DNA from: a virus
Taxonomy: Duplodnaviria; Caudoviricetes
Strand: one strand, 5' to 3'
Virus record (IMG/VR): IMGVR_UViG_3300021400_000686
Location: 1-64,000 of that record
DNA: 64,000 bases
In this document: positions 27,533 through 36,619 of the stretch, one piece after another
Position numbering within the stretch: position 1 is the first letter of the stretch
Layout of the letters: each line of letters starts with the position of its first letter
Program-made: the position numbers and the translations under genes
The notes under the pieces: generated by a model
The model's input: the letters and a program-made list of their open reading frames with translations, nothing else
Told to the model about the DNA's origin: nothing
The model's database searches: none

Positions 27533-28409
27533 CTAACTCTTTCTTCCATTTTTCTCTTGTAAGTATCGTAAGCACCGCCTCTTTTGTGAATAACGGGATC
27601 GCTCGACACCTACAATTGTAGTCTTCCCCCGGGTGGCAATGCCTCCCCGTATATACTCTTCCGTGTTTTGTCATGTACCATATCTCAGGCGGTTGATCTA
27701 CACGAAATATATGCCCGTCAAACGACTTGTGGCAGTCACGAACTTTATGGTCTCTTCGTGTTCGCCAAACATATCGCTTTATCCCGAACATGCTGTATAT
27801 TTTTGAATTTACCGACGCCGAAAAATCGCCGACCCGATTTCTCGCAATCTCGCCGATCCCACCGTACTCATTCACAATCTTGTCAAGGCTTTCAACGGTC
27901 TCTTTGGCCCCACGCTTTCCCTCTTCGATGTCATCAAGCTTTTTATTTACATTCATCAGGTAGAGAGCAATCAGTCCTATCGTCCCATAAACCCAGTCGT
28001 CTCGCTCGTTCTTAAACGTGTCCTTGTCAAACTGTTCCATGTCCACGCCGATCGTCTTTTTGAACGATCTCCTAAACTGGGTCTCCTCTATTCCCTCGAT
28101 CTGGCGCGAAATTTTATCGATTTCCCCGATCGGGTTGAACTTTTGGCCCAGTTCCTCAATCTCTTTCTTACAACGCCTTAAAACACGTTTTTTGCGCTCT
28201 CCGGAGGCAATGTCTTTTTGCGCCTTCCGAATGATTTTGTACAAGCCGTTGGAATACCTCTTCAAGTATCGCTTCATCTCGCGTTCAGCCGATTGTGGGT
28301 ATACGGACGCCAAAACAGCGACAAGCTCACGTTTGCTTCTGAACTTTCGATCTACGAGTTTTAGTTGTTCTCTTTCTTCCTGTTTTGTCATCGCCCTTAA
28401 CCCAATCAA
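27522..28409 (-). CDS. Phage head morphogenesis protein (MuF / SPP1 gp7-like), no toxin extension
   Basis: YVWRTRRDHKVRDCH..HPGEDYNCRCRAIP. Confidence 0.85.
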   Translation of the reverse strand: MIGLRAMTKQEEREQLKLVDRKFRSKRELVAVLASVYPQSAEREMKRYLKRYSNGLYKIIRKAQKDIASGERKKRVLRRCKKEIEELGQKFNPIGEIDKISRQIEGIEETQFRRSFKKTIGVDMEQFDKDTFKNERDDWVYGTIGLIALYLMNVNKKLDDIEEGKRGAKETVESLDKIVNEYGGIGEIARNRVGDFSASVNSKIYSMFGIKRYVWRTRRDHKVRDCHKSFDGHIFRVDQPPEIWYMTKHGRVYTGRHCHPGEDYNCRCRAIPLFTKEAVLTILTREKWKKELGAR

Positions 28410-28785
28410 TCCCCCACTTATCGATTACGGATCGGAAGTCTTCAACATCATGCGGAATAATACAGAACCGAGCCATACCATCAGCGCTCGGATTATATCC
28501 AACGTGGCACAGCTCGTGATACATCAGCTTTTCAAGCCTGTCCGCATCCAACGCCTCGGTGTTTCCAGTGTAAAACGTGATAATGAAGTCCGCCTCTATA
28601 AAAAGCTTCAACTTCTCTTTGACAAGCTCGGTATCTGCAAACACCTCAAGCCCGTTTGACTTTTTTGCTTTGTCGCAATACTGGTAAACAATTCTGCAAT
28701 CAGGATCATCGAGGGCGTTCAGTTCTTTGTATTTTTGAATAACATTTTTGCCAAGCGCATCGAGGTCATCCTCTTGCCAGTACAT
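28327..28785 (-). CDS. Putative phage metallopeptidase
   Basis: HELCH (HExxH) and PHDVEDF motifs. Confidence 0.75.
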   Translation of the reverse strand: MYWQEDDLDALGKNVIQKYKELNALDDPDCRIVYQYCDKAKKSNGLEVFADTELVKEKLKLFIEADFIITFYTGNTEALDADRLEKLMYHELCHVGYNPSADGMARFCIIPHDVEDFRSVIDKWGIDWVKGDDKTGRKRTTKTRRSKVQKQT

Positions 28786-30019
28786 CTGCTTCGTCCCTCC
28801 GACCGTTTGGTGCTATCTCGCGCGGAACTAAGATTTCAGCTTCTCCGTTTGTGAAGACGCTACCGTATGTATCAATCGGCCTGATTTCCGCTTCATAAAT
28901 CACACCGTTCGGATCAGGCGCATGGCCCATGCCGACTTCGCTCCCAGTAAAGGAACCCGCAACGTCTCTGTCAAACGTGTAAGACGAGAACACCGACGCC
29001 TTTTCGTATTCTTTCCCTGTCCCTCCACGATACATCTTGATCGGGGTAACAAGAAACTCGTCAAAGGATAATGGCTCCTTTTTCTTTGCCTCGCAGTCGT
29101 ACTTGTAATTTCCGTACATGATGTTCAGAGCCGCGTTGTGAACCTCGGGGCTTTGAATCATCTGTTTCGTCAGATTGTCCTTATATTCATGGTTGTACGC
29201 TCTGAACCATCCGTCTATGGTTGATTGACTCAAGTTGTCATAAAGGATTTCATCCGCTTCGTCCCGACTGATTTCGTGGAGGTTTTTTGTCACCTTTCCG
29301 AGTTTGAATTTGTAGAATTCCGAATCGATTGCGTCGCTTCCTCCTTCTTCATAAAGGGGCATCAGCTTCCCAACATTCTTGGTTGTAAAGTCGTCAACGC
29401 TATCACCGTCCTCATATTCATAGTCGTCGCGGTTCGGTCTCAATTTCTCGGTCAGATCAGACTTGACTTGTTTTTTCTGATGAACGTATTTGTCGTCCTT
29501 TACCTCAAAGTCGCCTTCTATGTCAGAGCGCCCGTGAGCTTTAAGAATCTGCTTTGCGGTCGCCACCTTTTTTTCGCCGTTTGAGGCTTCGTACTCAAAT
29601 TGATCATCTCCGATCTTTTTATATGCTCTGTCATGAGATACCGCCGTATACCCTGTCGGCATCTCTTCAAGAGACTTGCGAACAGCATCTTTAATTTCGA
29701 ATGAGCTTTTTTCTTTCACCGCATCTTGATAAGCCTTTGTGTACTCGGAAGTGTCAACACTTTTTCCCGTGTCAATCCCCTTCCCCATCTTCTCGGCCTT
29801 CACGCTCTCAGCGGACTTTCCAGTCTTGTTCTCGTACGCTTCCCATGCTTCCCGTGGAGTCATGCCTTCGGTGTTGATCCCCTCAGAATTGCAAAGGCCA
29901 TACGGAAGCTGTGTGCTATATGCACTATGTTTTTTTGCCTTCGGCTTTTCTTCATCGTCAGCGTCCAGTCGTAACAACCATTTAAGCCGTATTTTCTCTA
30001 CAACCTTTGCTTGATTCAT
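28766..30019 (-). CDS. Leader-bearing virion-cargo candidate with a C-terminal ART-like domain
   Basis: IRLKWLLRLDAD leader, LPYG module; MYRG..SSYT..EAEILV (R-S-E). Confidence 0.65.
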   Translation of the reverse strand: MNQAKVVEKIRLKWLLRLDADDEEKPKAKKHSAYSTQLPYGLCNSEGINTEGMTPREAWEAYENKTGKSAESVKAEKMGKGIDTGKSVDTSEYTKAYQDAVKEKSSFEIKDAVRKSLEEMPTGYTAVSHDRAYKKIGDDQFEYEASNGEKKVATAKQILKAHGRSDIEGDFEVKDDKYVHQKKQVKSDLTEKLRPNRDDYEYEDGDSVDDFTTKNVGKLMPLYEEGGSDAIDSEFYKFKLGKVTKNLHEISRDEADEILYDNLSQSTIDGWFRAYNHEYKDNLTKQMIQSPEVHNAALNIMYGNYKYDCEAKKKEPLSFDEFLVTPIKMYRGGTGKEYEKASVFSSYTFDRDVAGSFTGSEVGMGHAPDPNGVIYEAEIRPIDTYGSVFTNGEAEILVPREIAPNGRRDEADVLARG

Positions 30020-30031
30020 ATTGACCTCAAT

Positions 30032-30784
30032 TCAAGTATTTCTTGATCTATCCCCGTCCTCCTTTGACGCGTTCGAACTTTCCACGCTTTTCGCAAGTTG
30101 CCCCTCACTGCTGTCTATCCACGCAACGTCGTCAACCCCAACTGTTTGTGAATAAACCTTGCCTCCGCCAGAATAGTCTTGCGCCATCCTTTTTGACGGG
30201 GAAACAAACCCACCCTCTTCAATAGGCTTGCTACTGTAAATCGTTATCTTTCCGCTCTTAAGCGCGTTGTCGGCGTCTTCTTTAGTGAAGTCAGGATAGA
30301 TAAACTCGTCCTCGCCAAACGCTTCTTTCGCCGTTTTGATGTCTTCAGGCGATCTGATCCCTGTATGATAATCATCCATCATTGGATTGGACTTTTGGAT
30401 AATCTCAAACTGCTTTCTTTTCGCATCCGTGACAGGATATTGACTCGCTTTTGGCTTTGTTGTTTCAGGGGCGCTTTTCTTTGTTTGCTTGGTCTCCCTC
30501 GGCTTTTCTGGCTCGCCCTTTAACTCTTTGAGCTTTTGCAAAATCTCCGCTCTCCTTTTTCCGCCACTGCCAAATCTGCTTGTCCGTTTCAACTCCGACT
30601 CAAGGGCACTTATTGTCTCCGCATTGCCAAACGCTTTCATCTGTCCACCGATTGGGTTCTTCTCCTCGTCAAGTGGAATATGGTTCCCGTTGACAGTAAC
30701 CCAACTATCAGGCTCTTCATCAAATCGTTGTTGCCACTTATGGCGAATATGATCTATAGTATTTGTGCGCTTCATCTGTACCAA
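30032..30784 (-). CDS. Leader-bearing cargo candidate with a degenerate ART-like domain
   Basis: IRHKWQQRFDEE leader, WVTVNGNHIPLD; ITIYSS..GFVSPS..AQDY..EG. Confidence 0.55.
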   Translation of the reverse strand: MVQMKRTNTIDHIRHKWQQRFDEEPDSWVTVNGNHIPLDEEKNPIGGQMKAFGNAETISALESELKRTSRFGSGGKRRAEILQKLKELKGEPEKPRETKQTKKSAPETTKPKASQYPVTDAKRKQFEIIQKSNPMMDDYHTGIRSPEDIKTAKEAFGEDEFIYPDFTKEDADNALKSGKITIYSSKPIEEGGFVSPSKRMAQDYSGGGKVYSQTVGVDDVAWIDSSEGQLAKSVESSNASKEDGDRSRNT

Positions 30785-30786
30785 CC

Positions 30787-31380
30787 TTATTCAAAATCAA
30801 TTCGCCAGTCGTCCTCGTCCTCATCTGTTCCGTAGCGTGTCATCTTTTCCCCAGCAAGTGTTTCGTTATAGTTCTCGATTTTTACCCCTGTGCCAGAGTA
30901 TGCGGACGTTGAGCCGTTGTCGTAAATGACGCCCTTAATGTTGGACAACTTCATTTTGCTTGTATCGTCGCCCTCGCTAAACACCTCAATATCACCGTTT
31001 CTATAAAGAATTGCGATAGAACTATCCGACCACATATCACCATTGTTTTTGACGTCTTGTAATATCACGCTCTTCATCTCGTCCATCGAATAGCGTTCAA
31101 GAATCTGCCCGTTTGCCATTTCAATGGATTTCCCCCTCGACGGACACTTGCCTTTCATCAAATCAGCGACCTTCTTGTTTTCTTTGTCGAAATGTTGTCT
31201 AAGTTTAGGGCTTATCTTGCTCTCTTTGATTTTATCTGCAACTTTCCCTGTTGCGTGACCGTCCTCATCAAGGGGAATGTGCGTACCGTTAATTGTTATC
31301 CAGTCTTCTGGCTCCTCGTCGAAGCGGGCGTGCCACTTACTCCTGATTGTTTCGATCTGTTTATTTGTTTTCATGCCCAC
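30787..31380 (-). CDS. Leader-bearing cargo candidate, unknown C-terminal domain
   Basis: IRSKWHARFDEE leader, WITINGTHIPLD. Confidence 0.65.
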   Translation of the reverse strand: MGMKTNKQIETIRSKWHARFDEEPEDWITINGTHIPLDEDGHATGKVADKIKESKISPKLRQHFDKENKKVADLMKGKCPSRGKSIEMANGQILERYSMDEMKSVILQDVKNNGDMWSDSSIAILYRNGDIEVFSEGDDTSKMKLSNIKGVIYDNGSTSAYSGTGVKIENYNETLAGEKMTRYGTDEDEDDWRIDFE

Positions 31381-31455
31381 CTCAACGCATCAAAAAAGGG
31401 AGTCGGATTTCTCCGCTCCCTCTTGATAATGATATTCTAAAACTCAATCGTGGCT

Positions 31456-31746
31456 TTACTTCTGTGAAAGCTCCGCAATCTTCTGCTTGATCTTCACAAC
31501 GCCCGGATTGTTACCCTGATACTTCAGAAGGTATTTCCAGTCCTCTAAATCAAGCTTGCTTTCGACTTTTTCCACTTCCTCGGCGAAAGTATCGTCCGCG
31601 TTCGCTTCATCGAAGAATGTGGAATAATAGAAATTCAACGCAATCCTCTCCTTGCATGCTTCCGACGGCGCTTTATCGTAAATATCCTTCCAATAGGAAT
31701 TTTCGCTAAACAGCTCTCGCGCCGCGTCAACCTTACTCTTATCCAT
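31456..31746 (-). CDS. Small protein, candidate antidote/partner of 31759-32520
   Basis: RBS AGGAGG; immediately downstream; followed by a terminator at 31392-31420. Confidence 0.6.
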   Translation of the reverse strand: MDKSKVDAARELFSENSYWKDIYDKAPSEACKERIALNFYYSTFFDEANADDTFAEEVEKVESKLDLEDWKYLLKYQGNNPGVVKIKQKIAELSQK

Positions 31747-31758
31747 TGCGATCCTCCT

Positions 31759-32520
31759 TTAATCGTGCCCCTCAATGGGGTTAAGCTCAGGCTTGTAGAA
31801 TGGGTTAATCAAAAGCATCCCCGCTTTATTGTCCCAAATCGAATGTTGGTTATGCTGTACCGCAAACTCAAGCGCATTATCCACATCGTCCGCGACAAAG
31901 CTCAACTCTGGGTTTCCAAAGTGTCCTACGTACGGGCCACCAGTTGGGTATGAATCGGGATCGTCTGAAAGTTCTCTCTTTGCTACCGCGCACATCTGTC
32001 CGTAAGTTTCTGGATCGTATCCCCCAAACGGATCATCAGCTTTGTTGTTCTGATGGAATGTTACGCTAAAGCCACGAGAAATATTGGCTTCCTTGTACGG
32101 TGGCACCATCGTGAACGTTCCGTCCTTTTTGTCTGGCGCTATCTTATCAAAGTTCTGTACCGTTGATAATGCCTTCTCGTATTTCTTACCCTCAGCCTTC
32201 AAGTCTACGCCGTGTTCTTTTGCGTACCTCTCAAGGAACTTCTTTGTTCCTTTCGGCCCCTCAGCGACGATCTTCTTGGATGTTTTTAGCCAACGCGTCG
32301 CATGATCCACTCCGTCGTTTGTCCTGAATGTATCTCGGTTTTCCACAAGCCAGTTGTGACCACCGCCCGGTTGTGAACCGCCTTGATGCCCGGGAATCCC
32401 TTTATGTCCCCAGTTGCCAGATGTCTTAGTCCCTTTATCGCTTCTCTCAGTCGGCAACAGCATACCGTCCGTCCGAAGCATCCACTTCTTCCGTATCGCC
32501 TCTACTCTCCTCATAAGCAC
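31759..32520 (-). CDS. Leader-bearing cargo candidate with a GNWGH module; C-terminus possibly SAM-lyase-like
   Basis: IRKKWMLRTDG leader; SGNWGHKGIPGHQGGS; ALEFAVQHNQHSIWD. Confidence 0.55.
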   Translation of the reverse strand: MLMRRVEAIRKKWMLRTDGMLLPTERSDKGTKTSGNWGHKGIPGHQGGSQPGGGHNWLVENRDTFRTNDGVDHATRWLKTSKKIVAEGPKGTKKFLERYAKEHGVDLKAEGKKYEKALSTVQNFDKIAPDKKDGTFTMVPPYKEANISRGFSVTFHQNNKADDPFGGYDPETYGQMCAVAKRELSDDPDSYPTGGPYVGHFGNPELSFVADDVDNALEFAVQHNQHSIWDNKAGMLLINPFYKPELNPIEGHD

Positions 32521-32589
32521 CCTCTCTGGCCTCGAAAAAGCCCCGTTTTGGGCGTTTACGATATGAGGCCGATCATTTTATTGTATAAC

Positions 32590-33057
32590 TCACTTAAGCG
32601 CAACAGCGACGCATTTTTCAGCGTCGCCGTCAATCCCCTTAAGATAATTATAGGCAACGACATATTTGTCATATCGTGCCAAGTCTCTGTCTGTGACCCT
32701 CGGTAAACGACTCAAATCCATATTATGTTTTAAGTCCGCTTCCTTCACGTGTCGTGCAATCTCATTTACAGACAACCGTTTGATCTGATCCATGTAAGGC
32801 ATCCCCTTCGGGTGTGTAATGTAAGACACCGCTTCCCCTATCTTTTCGCCAAACATCGCGGTGATCATCCCAATCGTTGTATCCGTATCTTCGACTGTAT
32901 CATGTAAGTATGCTACTATTTTCTCCTCATCCGTCGAACACATCCGCGCAACCGCGTCTGGGTGCATCCAGTACGGAGTCCCTCCCTTGTCCACCTGTCC
33001 AAAGTGGACTCGTTTCGAAAATTCCTTCGCAAACTCAACATCAGACATCCGCGCCAC
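32590..33057 (-). CDS. HD-domain (Mesh1/SAH-like) alarmone hydrolase
   Basis: HFGQVDKGGTPYWMHP..YLHDTVED..VKEADLKHN. Confidence 0.85.
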   Translation of the reverse strand: MARMSDVEFAKEFSKRVHFGQVDKGGTPYWMHPDAVARMCSTDEEKIVAYLHDTVEDTDTTIGMITAMFGEKIGEAVSYITHPKGMPYMDQIKRLSVNEIARHVKEADLKHNMDLSRLPRVTDRDLARYDKYVVAYNYLKGIDGDAEKCVAVALK

Positions 33058-33058
33058 C

Positions 33059-33268
33059 TCACGAGAGCCGATTAACGTATTCCTCGGCCTCCTCGTCGCT
33101 AATTCCGTAACTGTGAATTAAACCGTTGAAGGCGTCAAACGCATCAGAAGAGCTTTCCCATCCTTTACGCGGAATGAACTCCTCATAAGAACCGTCTTCC
33201 GTTTTACGGTACAAATCCATGATCGTCCCGTCGTTCCATTTCGTTGCTTCGTAAATTACTTTTCCCAT
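33059..33268 (-). CDS. Small candidate immunity protein for the RelA/SpoT-domain effector
   Basis: 69 aa, own promoter, lies between synthetase and hydrolase. Confidence 0.6.
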   Translation of the reverse strand: MGKVIYEATKWNDGTIMDLYRKTEDGSYEEFIPRKGWESSSDAFDAFNGLIHSYGISDEEAEEYVNRLS

Positions 33269-33296
33269 TTAGCAACCTCCTTTCCCCCACGGCTAT

Positions 33297-33325
33297 ATTA
33301 TATCACATATTGGGCAATATGTCAA
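33297..33325 (-). promoter_or_regulatory. Consensus sigma70 promoter containing ACATATTG-N2-CAATATGT
   Basis: TTGACA-17-TATAAT; palindrome at 33305-33322. Confidence 0.85.
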
Positions 33326-34515
33326 GGATTATTCCGTCTTTTGAACGGCTTTAATTTCTCGATCCCCGGCGGATTTTTGTAGTTCTCTCTCCACCGCTCA
33401 ATCTGAACCTTGTTCAACTCTTCGTTCTTGTCACGCATTTCCTGAGTCCACTCGTCCTTCGGCGTCTTTTCATAATCCCTCTGGATTTCATATTCCTTAT
33501 GGTTAAGGTCTTTGACCGCTTGGCTCTGTGGTGAGTGTACTTGCAGTTCGAAAACGCGTCCACTTGGGGCCTTTACAGAAAGGTGCACCGCACGATAAAT
33601 CGCGTCCTCGTTTACCTTGCCGTCCTTTCCAAGGAACTTGTTGTCAAGCTCGATTACCTCGTAGCCTTGATCCGAGAGGTTTTTCTGCAACTTGTTTACA
33701 CACCCAACGATATCTTTATTATCGCACATCGCAGTGTATCTTACAAGGTCTCCGAACTTTTCTGCAACATCGTCAACCGTTGCTTCTGGGTTCCCCGTTT
33801 CCGCGCGGAACTTTTCGAGCTTTCTAAGAGCTTTGTCCTCAATATGGCTTGCACCCTTGGAAGCGTTTTCCGTACCGTCAAGGTACATCCCCGCGTTTCC
33901 GACGGAGTCAAACAAGTCTTTCGTGATCTTCTTTTCGTCCGCGACAGCGCCCTCGAACACCTTCTTCATCCTTTCGGAGCCTTTAATTTCGCTATCGACC
34001 TTTGACGCGAGCCCGGGGATGCATGCGAACGTCTCGCCCTTTTCATTCTTTTGATAAACGATGTCCTCGTCCTTCAGGTTCGCAACGATATTCTCCCATG
34101 TGCCGGGCTTGATCCATCCTTTTTCCTCGTCTTCAAGCGCCGTTTTCTCTGCGATTTCAAGCGCTTTGGAGTATTTTGCCCCGTTCTTCAGCTTCGGGAA
34201 ACTTGTCCCTTTGCTTGTGGTAGTCTTGTCCGAGAGCCTGTTTGTGTCAAGTTCACTCTTTTTCGGCTCTTTTCCTTCGTTTTTAACCGACTCATTCACT
34301 TTTTTACGAAGCTCTTGGGTCGGTTTCACGCTCTTGCTTTCCACCATTTTTTTAGCAACGTACGGATTTGCCTTGTCAAGGACGCCGTTTTCGTTAAAAT
34401 GGATATGATCGCCTTCTTCTGTCGTGCGCCACTTGCCCTTTTCTTGCGCGTCCATCCGACTTTGATAATCCGCACGAATCCGCCTTAAGATTTTATCTGT
34501 ATATTTCTTGTTCAT
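33322..34515 (-). CDS. Leader-bearing RelA/SpoT-family (small alarmone synthetase-like) effector
   Basis: IRADYQSRMDA leader; GDLVRYT..YRAVHL..FELQVH motifs. Confidence 0.8.
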   Translation of the reverse strand: MNKKYTDKILRRIRADYQSRMDAQEKGKWRTTEEGDHIHFNENGVLDKANPYVAKKMVESKSVKPTQELRKKVNESVKNEGKEPKKSELDTNRLSDKTTTSKGTSFPKLKNGAKYSKALEIAEKTALEDEEKGWIKPGTWENIVANLKDEDIVYQKNEKGETFACIPGLASKVDSEIKGSERMKKVFEGAVADEKKITKDLFDSVGNAGMYLDGTENASKGASHIEDKALRKLEKFRAETGNPEATVDDVAEKFGDLVRYTAMCDNKDIVGCVNKLQKNLSDQGYEVIELDNKFLGKDGKVNEDAIYRAVHLSVKAPSGRVFELQVHSPQSQAVKDLNHKEYEIQRDYEKTPKDEWTQEMRDKNEELNKVQIERWRENYKNPPGIEKLKPFKRRNNP

Positions 34516-36608
34516 CTTACAGTTTTCCTCCGCGCTTCAGTGTATTTGCGCTTTACCTCTTCAAATAATTCTTGCGCGAGCTCAAGAGGGCTCTTTTCCT
34601 CGTCCTGTTTGAATATCTGTTTTTCGTAAAGCTCGTGCATCAAGAGGCTCAGCGCCTTCTTGAACGCCGGGAGAAGTGCGTCCGACTTCTTTAGTAGTTC
34701 CTCAAGAGAAGACCACCTTGGGTCTTCCATTTCGCCGTCTCTGCACTTAGGGACTCCCTCAAAATCCAAAGCAACATATTGCTTGGATACGATGTCGCCG
34801 TTTCCACTTACAATACCAATCGGCTGTAAGTTCTTCGGCTCTACCCCAAATTCCTCAATTGCCTCTCTAACCGCCGCCTCTTCTGGCGTTTCGCCGTCTT
34901 CAATGTGTCCACCCGGGCCACATATCAACCCGTTGTCGGTTCTTATGCCCGTAAGAACGTATCCATCCTTAACGATTAAAACGCCCACGCAATTCGGTTC
35001 CGCCTCGTCGGTGGCCATTTTATCCTTTTCGACATTTGGTGCGCCGTTTTGCGCCATTTCTGGGCTCTGGTGGGCATCCTGAGGCGCTTCTTCACCTTGT
35101 GGTTCTTCTCCGTCACCCTGTCCGCCAAGCATCTGCATCATTTCTGGTGGCATTCCACCCATTCCGGGCATTCCGCCCTGTTGTTGTGGCGCGTTCTCCT
35201 CAAGCTCTTCCTCGGTGTAGTCATCAAGCATCGTCTCGACGTCAAACTCTTCTGTTTCGGCGAGCTTCTTCCTAACCTCAGACGGATCAATCGCTTGCAT
35301 TCCAACATAAGCCTCGGCAACCGCCGCCCTTGCCTGTTGAACGGCAACTTTCTGCTGTTCAAGCTGAACTTGTTCAACCTCACTCAAAGACCAAAGTGGG
35401 CTGAATTCTATTTCGATCTTCGGTGCCTCTTTGATCTTCCCTGTAACGATGCCCGCGGCGAATATAAGCTGTAGCAGATACCTCAGATTGCTCTTAACCA
35501 TCCGCTTCTGGATTCTCTCAACGTAGTTGTACCAGTTTTCTAAATCGCCTTGTCCAGTTGCATTCATTCCTGCGGGGCTTCGTCCAAACAGGATCGTCTG
35601 CGGAATGTTTGTCAGCGCCGACAAGTAGTTGCACGTTGTGTCAATTACATCCGCAACCCCAGAAAATGAAAATTGACGGAAGCTGTAATCCTCACCATCT
35701 CCGTCAACCGTAATCGTATTTAACAATCCCCTCGCAAGGTCAATCGTTTGCAAGCGCTTCAAGACCATGCTCTCACCTTGCTCAGTAGCGAGCATGCTTG
35801 ATAATCCCTTCATCGAATACACCGCTTGTATCGATCGATCTAATAGCTTCACGGCGCTTCCGTGCGCCACCTCAGCATCTCTGATCGCCCTGTGTATCCT
35901 AATGTATTCGGGGACGCCCCACTCTCTGTAAATGGAGCTTGTGGTTCTCTCTGGCAACTGTCCGTTCTGGAACACCAAGCATCTGCTCTCGTGAACCTTG
36001 AACGATCCATACATGCTGTAAACGTAGTAGAATTCTGGCATTCCGAGCTTGCTACCACGGTTCACAAACGGGCTCCTGTAGGCGTCCGTAGTATATAACG
36101 ATGAGTAGTCTATCTGAACAAGCGAACGGTCATACACTCTGATGTCGTCGATTGACTCCACGTGCATCCAGTCGACTGGATCGGTAAGATCACCGCCGTC
36201 GTTGATCAGCATCACCGCGATACATCCACCAAAAAGTCGCGTCCACTTGATACACTGTATAAATATTTCGTCCCAGTCAAGCTCGTCGAGCGCGTCCTTG
36301 TAAAACGCCTCAACAGTATCATTCGAAAGGTCTTTGATCTCAAACCCGTGTTTGATAGCCTCCTCAGCGGGGGCATCAATCACTTTTGAGAAAAGTCCGT
36401 TCCCCTCATAGAAATATGTCAGCTCTGTATCTGGTACATCGGGCTCGCCTTGGTAATGATAATGCTCTGTGGTGTCGCGAGAAGTTCCATACTTATTCAG
36501 GACGTTTACAAAACCGTCCTCTCTGTATGGACGAACTACTTTTCCCGTTTGCTGTTGGATCAGATGCATGTATCGCCTGACCTCAGCCATTTTTTCGTTT
36601 TCACCCAT
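34512..36608 (-). CDS. Portal protein (DUF1073 family) with a C-terminal Nudix hydrolase domain
   Basis: IPQTILFGRSPAGMNATGQGDLENWY; Nudix box GGHIEDGETPEEAAVREAIEEFG. Confidence 0.85.
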   Translation of the reverse strand: MGENEKMAEVRRYMHLIQQQTGKVVRPYREDGFVNVLNKYGTSRDTTEHYHYQGEPDVPDTELTYFYEGNGLFSKVIDAPAEEAIKHGFEIKDLSNDTVEAFYKDALDELDWDEIFIQCIKWTRLFGGCIAVMLINDGGDLTDPVDWMHVESIDDIRVYDRSLVQIDYSSLYTTDAYRSPFVNRGSKLGMPEFYYVYSMYGSFKVHESRCLVFQNGQLPERTTSSIYREWGVPEYIRIHRAIRDAEVAHGSAVKLLDRSIQAVYSMKGLSSMLATEQGESMVLKRLQTIDLARGLLNTITVDGDGEDYSFRQFSFSGVADVIDTTCNYLSALTNIPQTILFGRSPAGMNATGQGDLENWYNYVERIQKRMVKSNLRYLLQLIFAAGIVTGKIKEAPKIEIEFSPLWSLSEVEQVQLEQQKVAVQQARAAVAEAYVGMQAIDPSEVRKKLAETEEFDVETMLDDYTEEELEENAPQQQGGMPGMGGMPPEMMQMLGGQGDGEEPQGEEAPQDAHQSPEMAQNGAPNVEKDKMATDEAEPNCVGVLIVKDGYVLTGIRTDNGLICGPGGHIEDGETPEEAAVREAIEEFGVEPKNLQPIGIVSGNGDIVSKQYVALDFEGVPKCRDGEMEDPRWSSLEELLKKSDALLPAFKKALSLLMHELYEKQIFKQDEEKSPLELAQELFEEVKRKYTEARRKTVR

Positions 36609-36619
36609 ACATTATCTCC

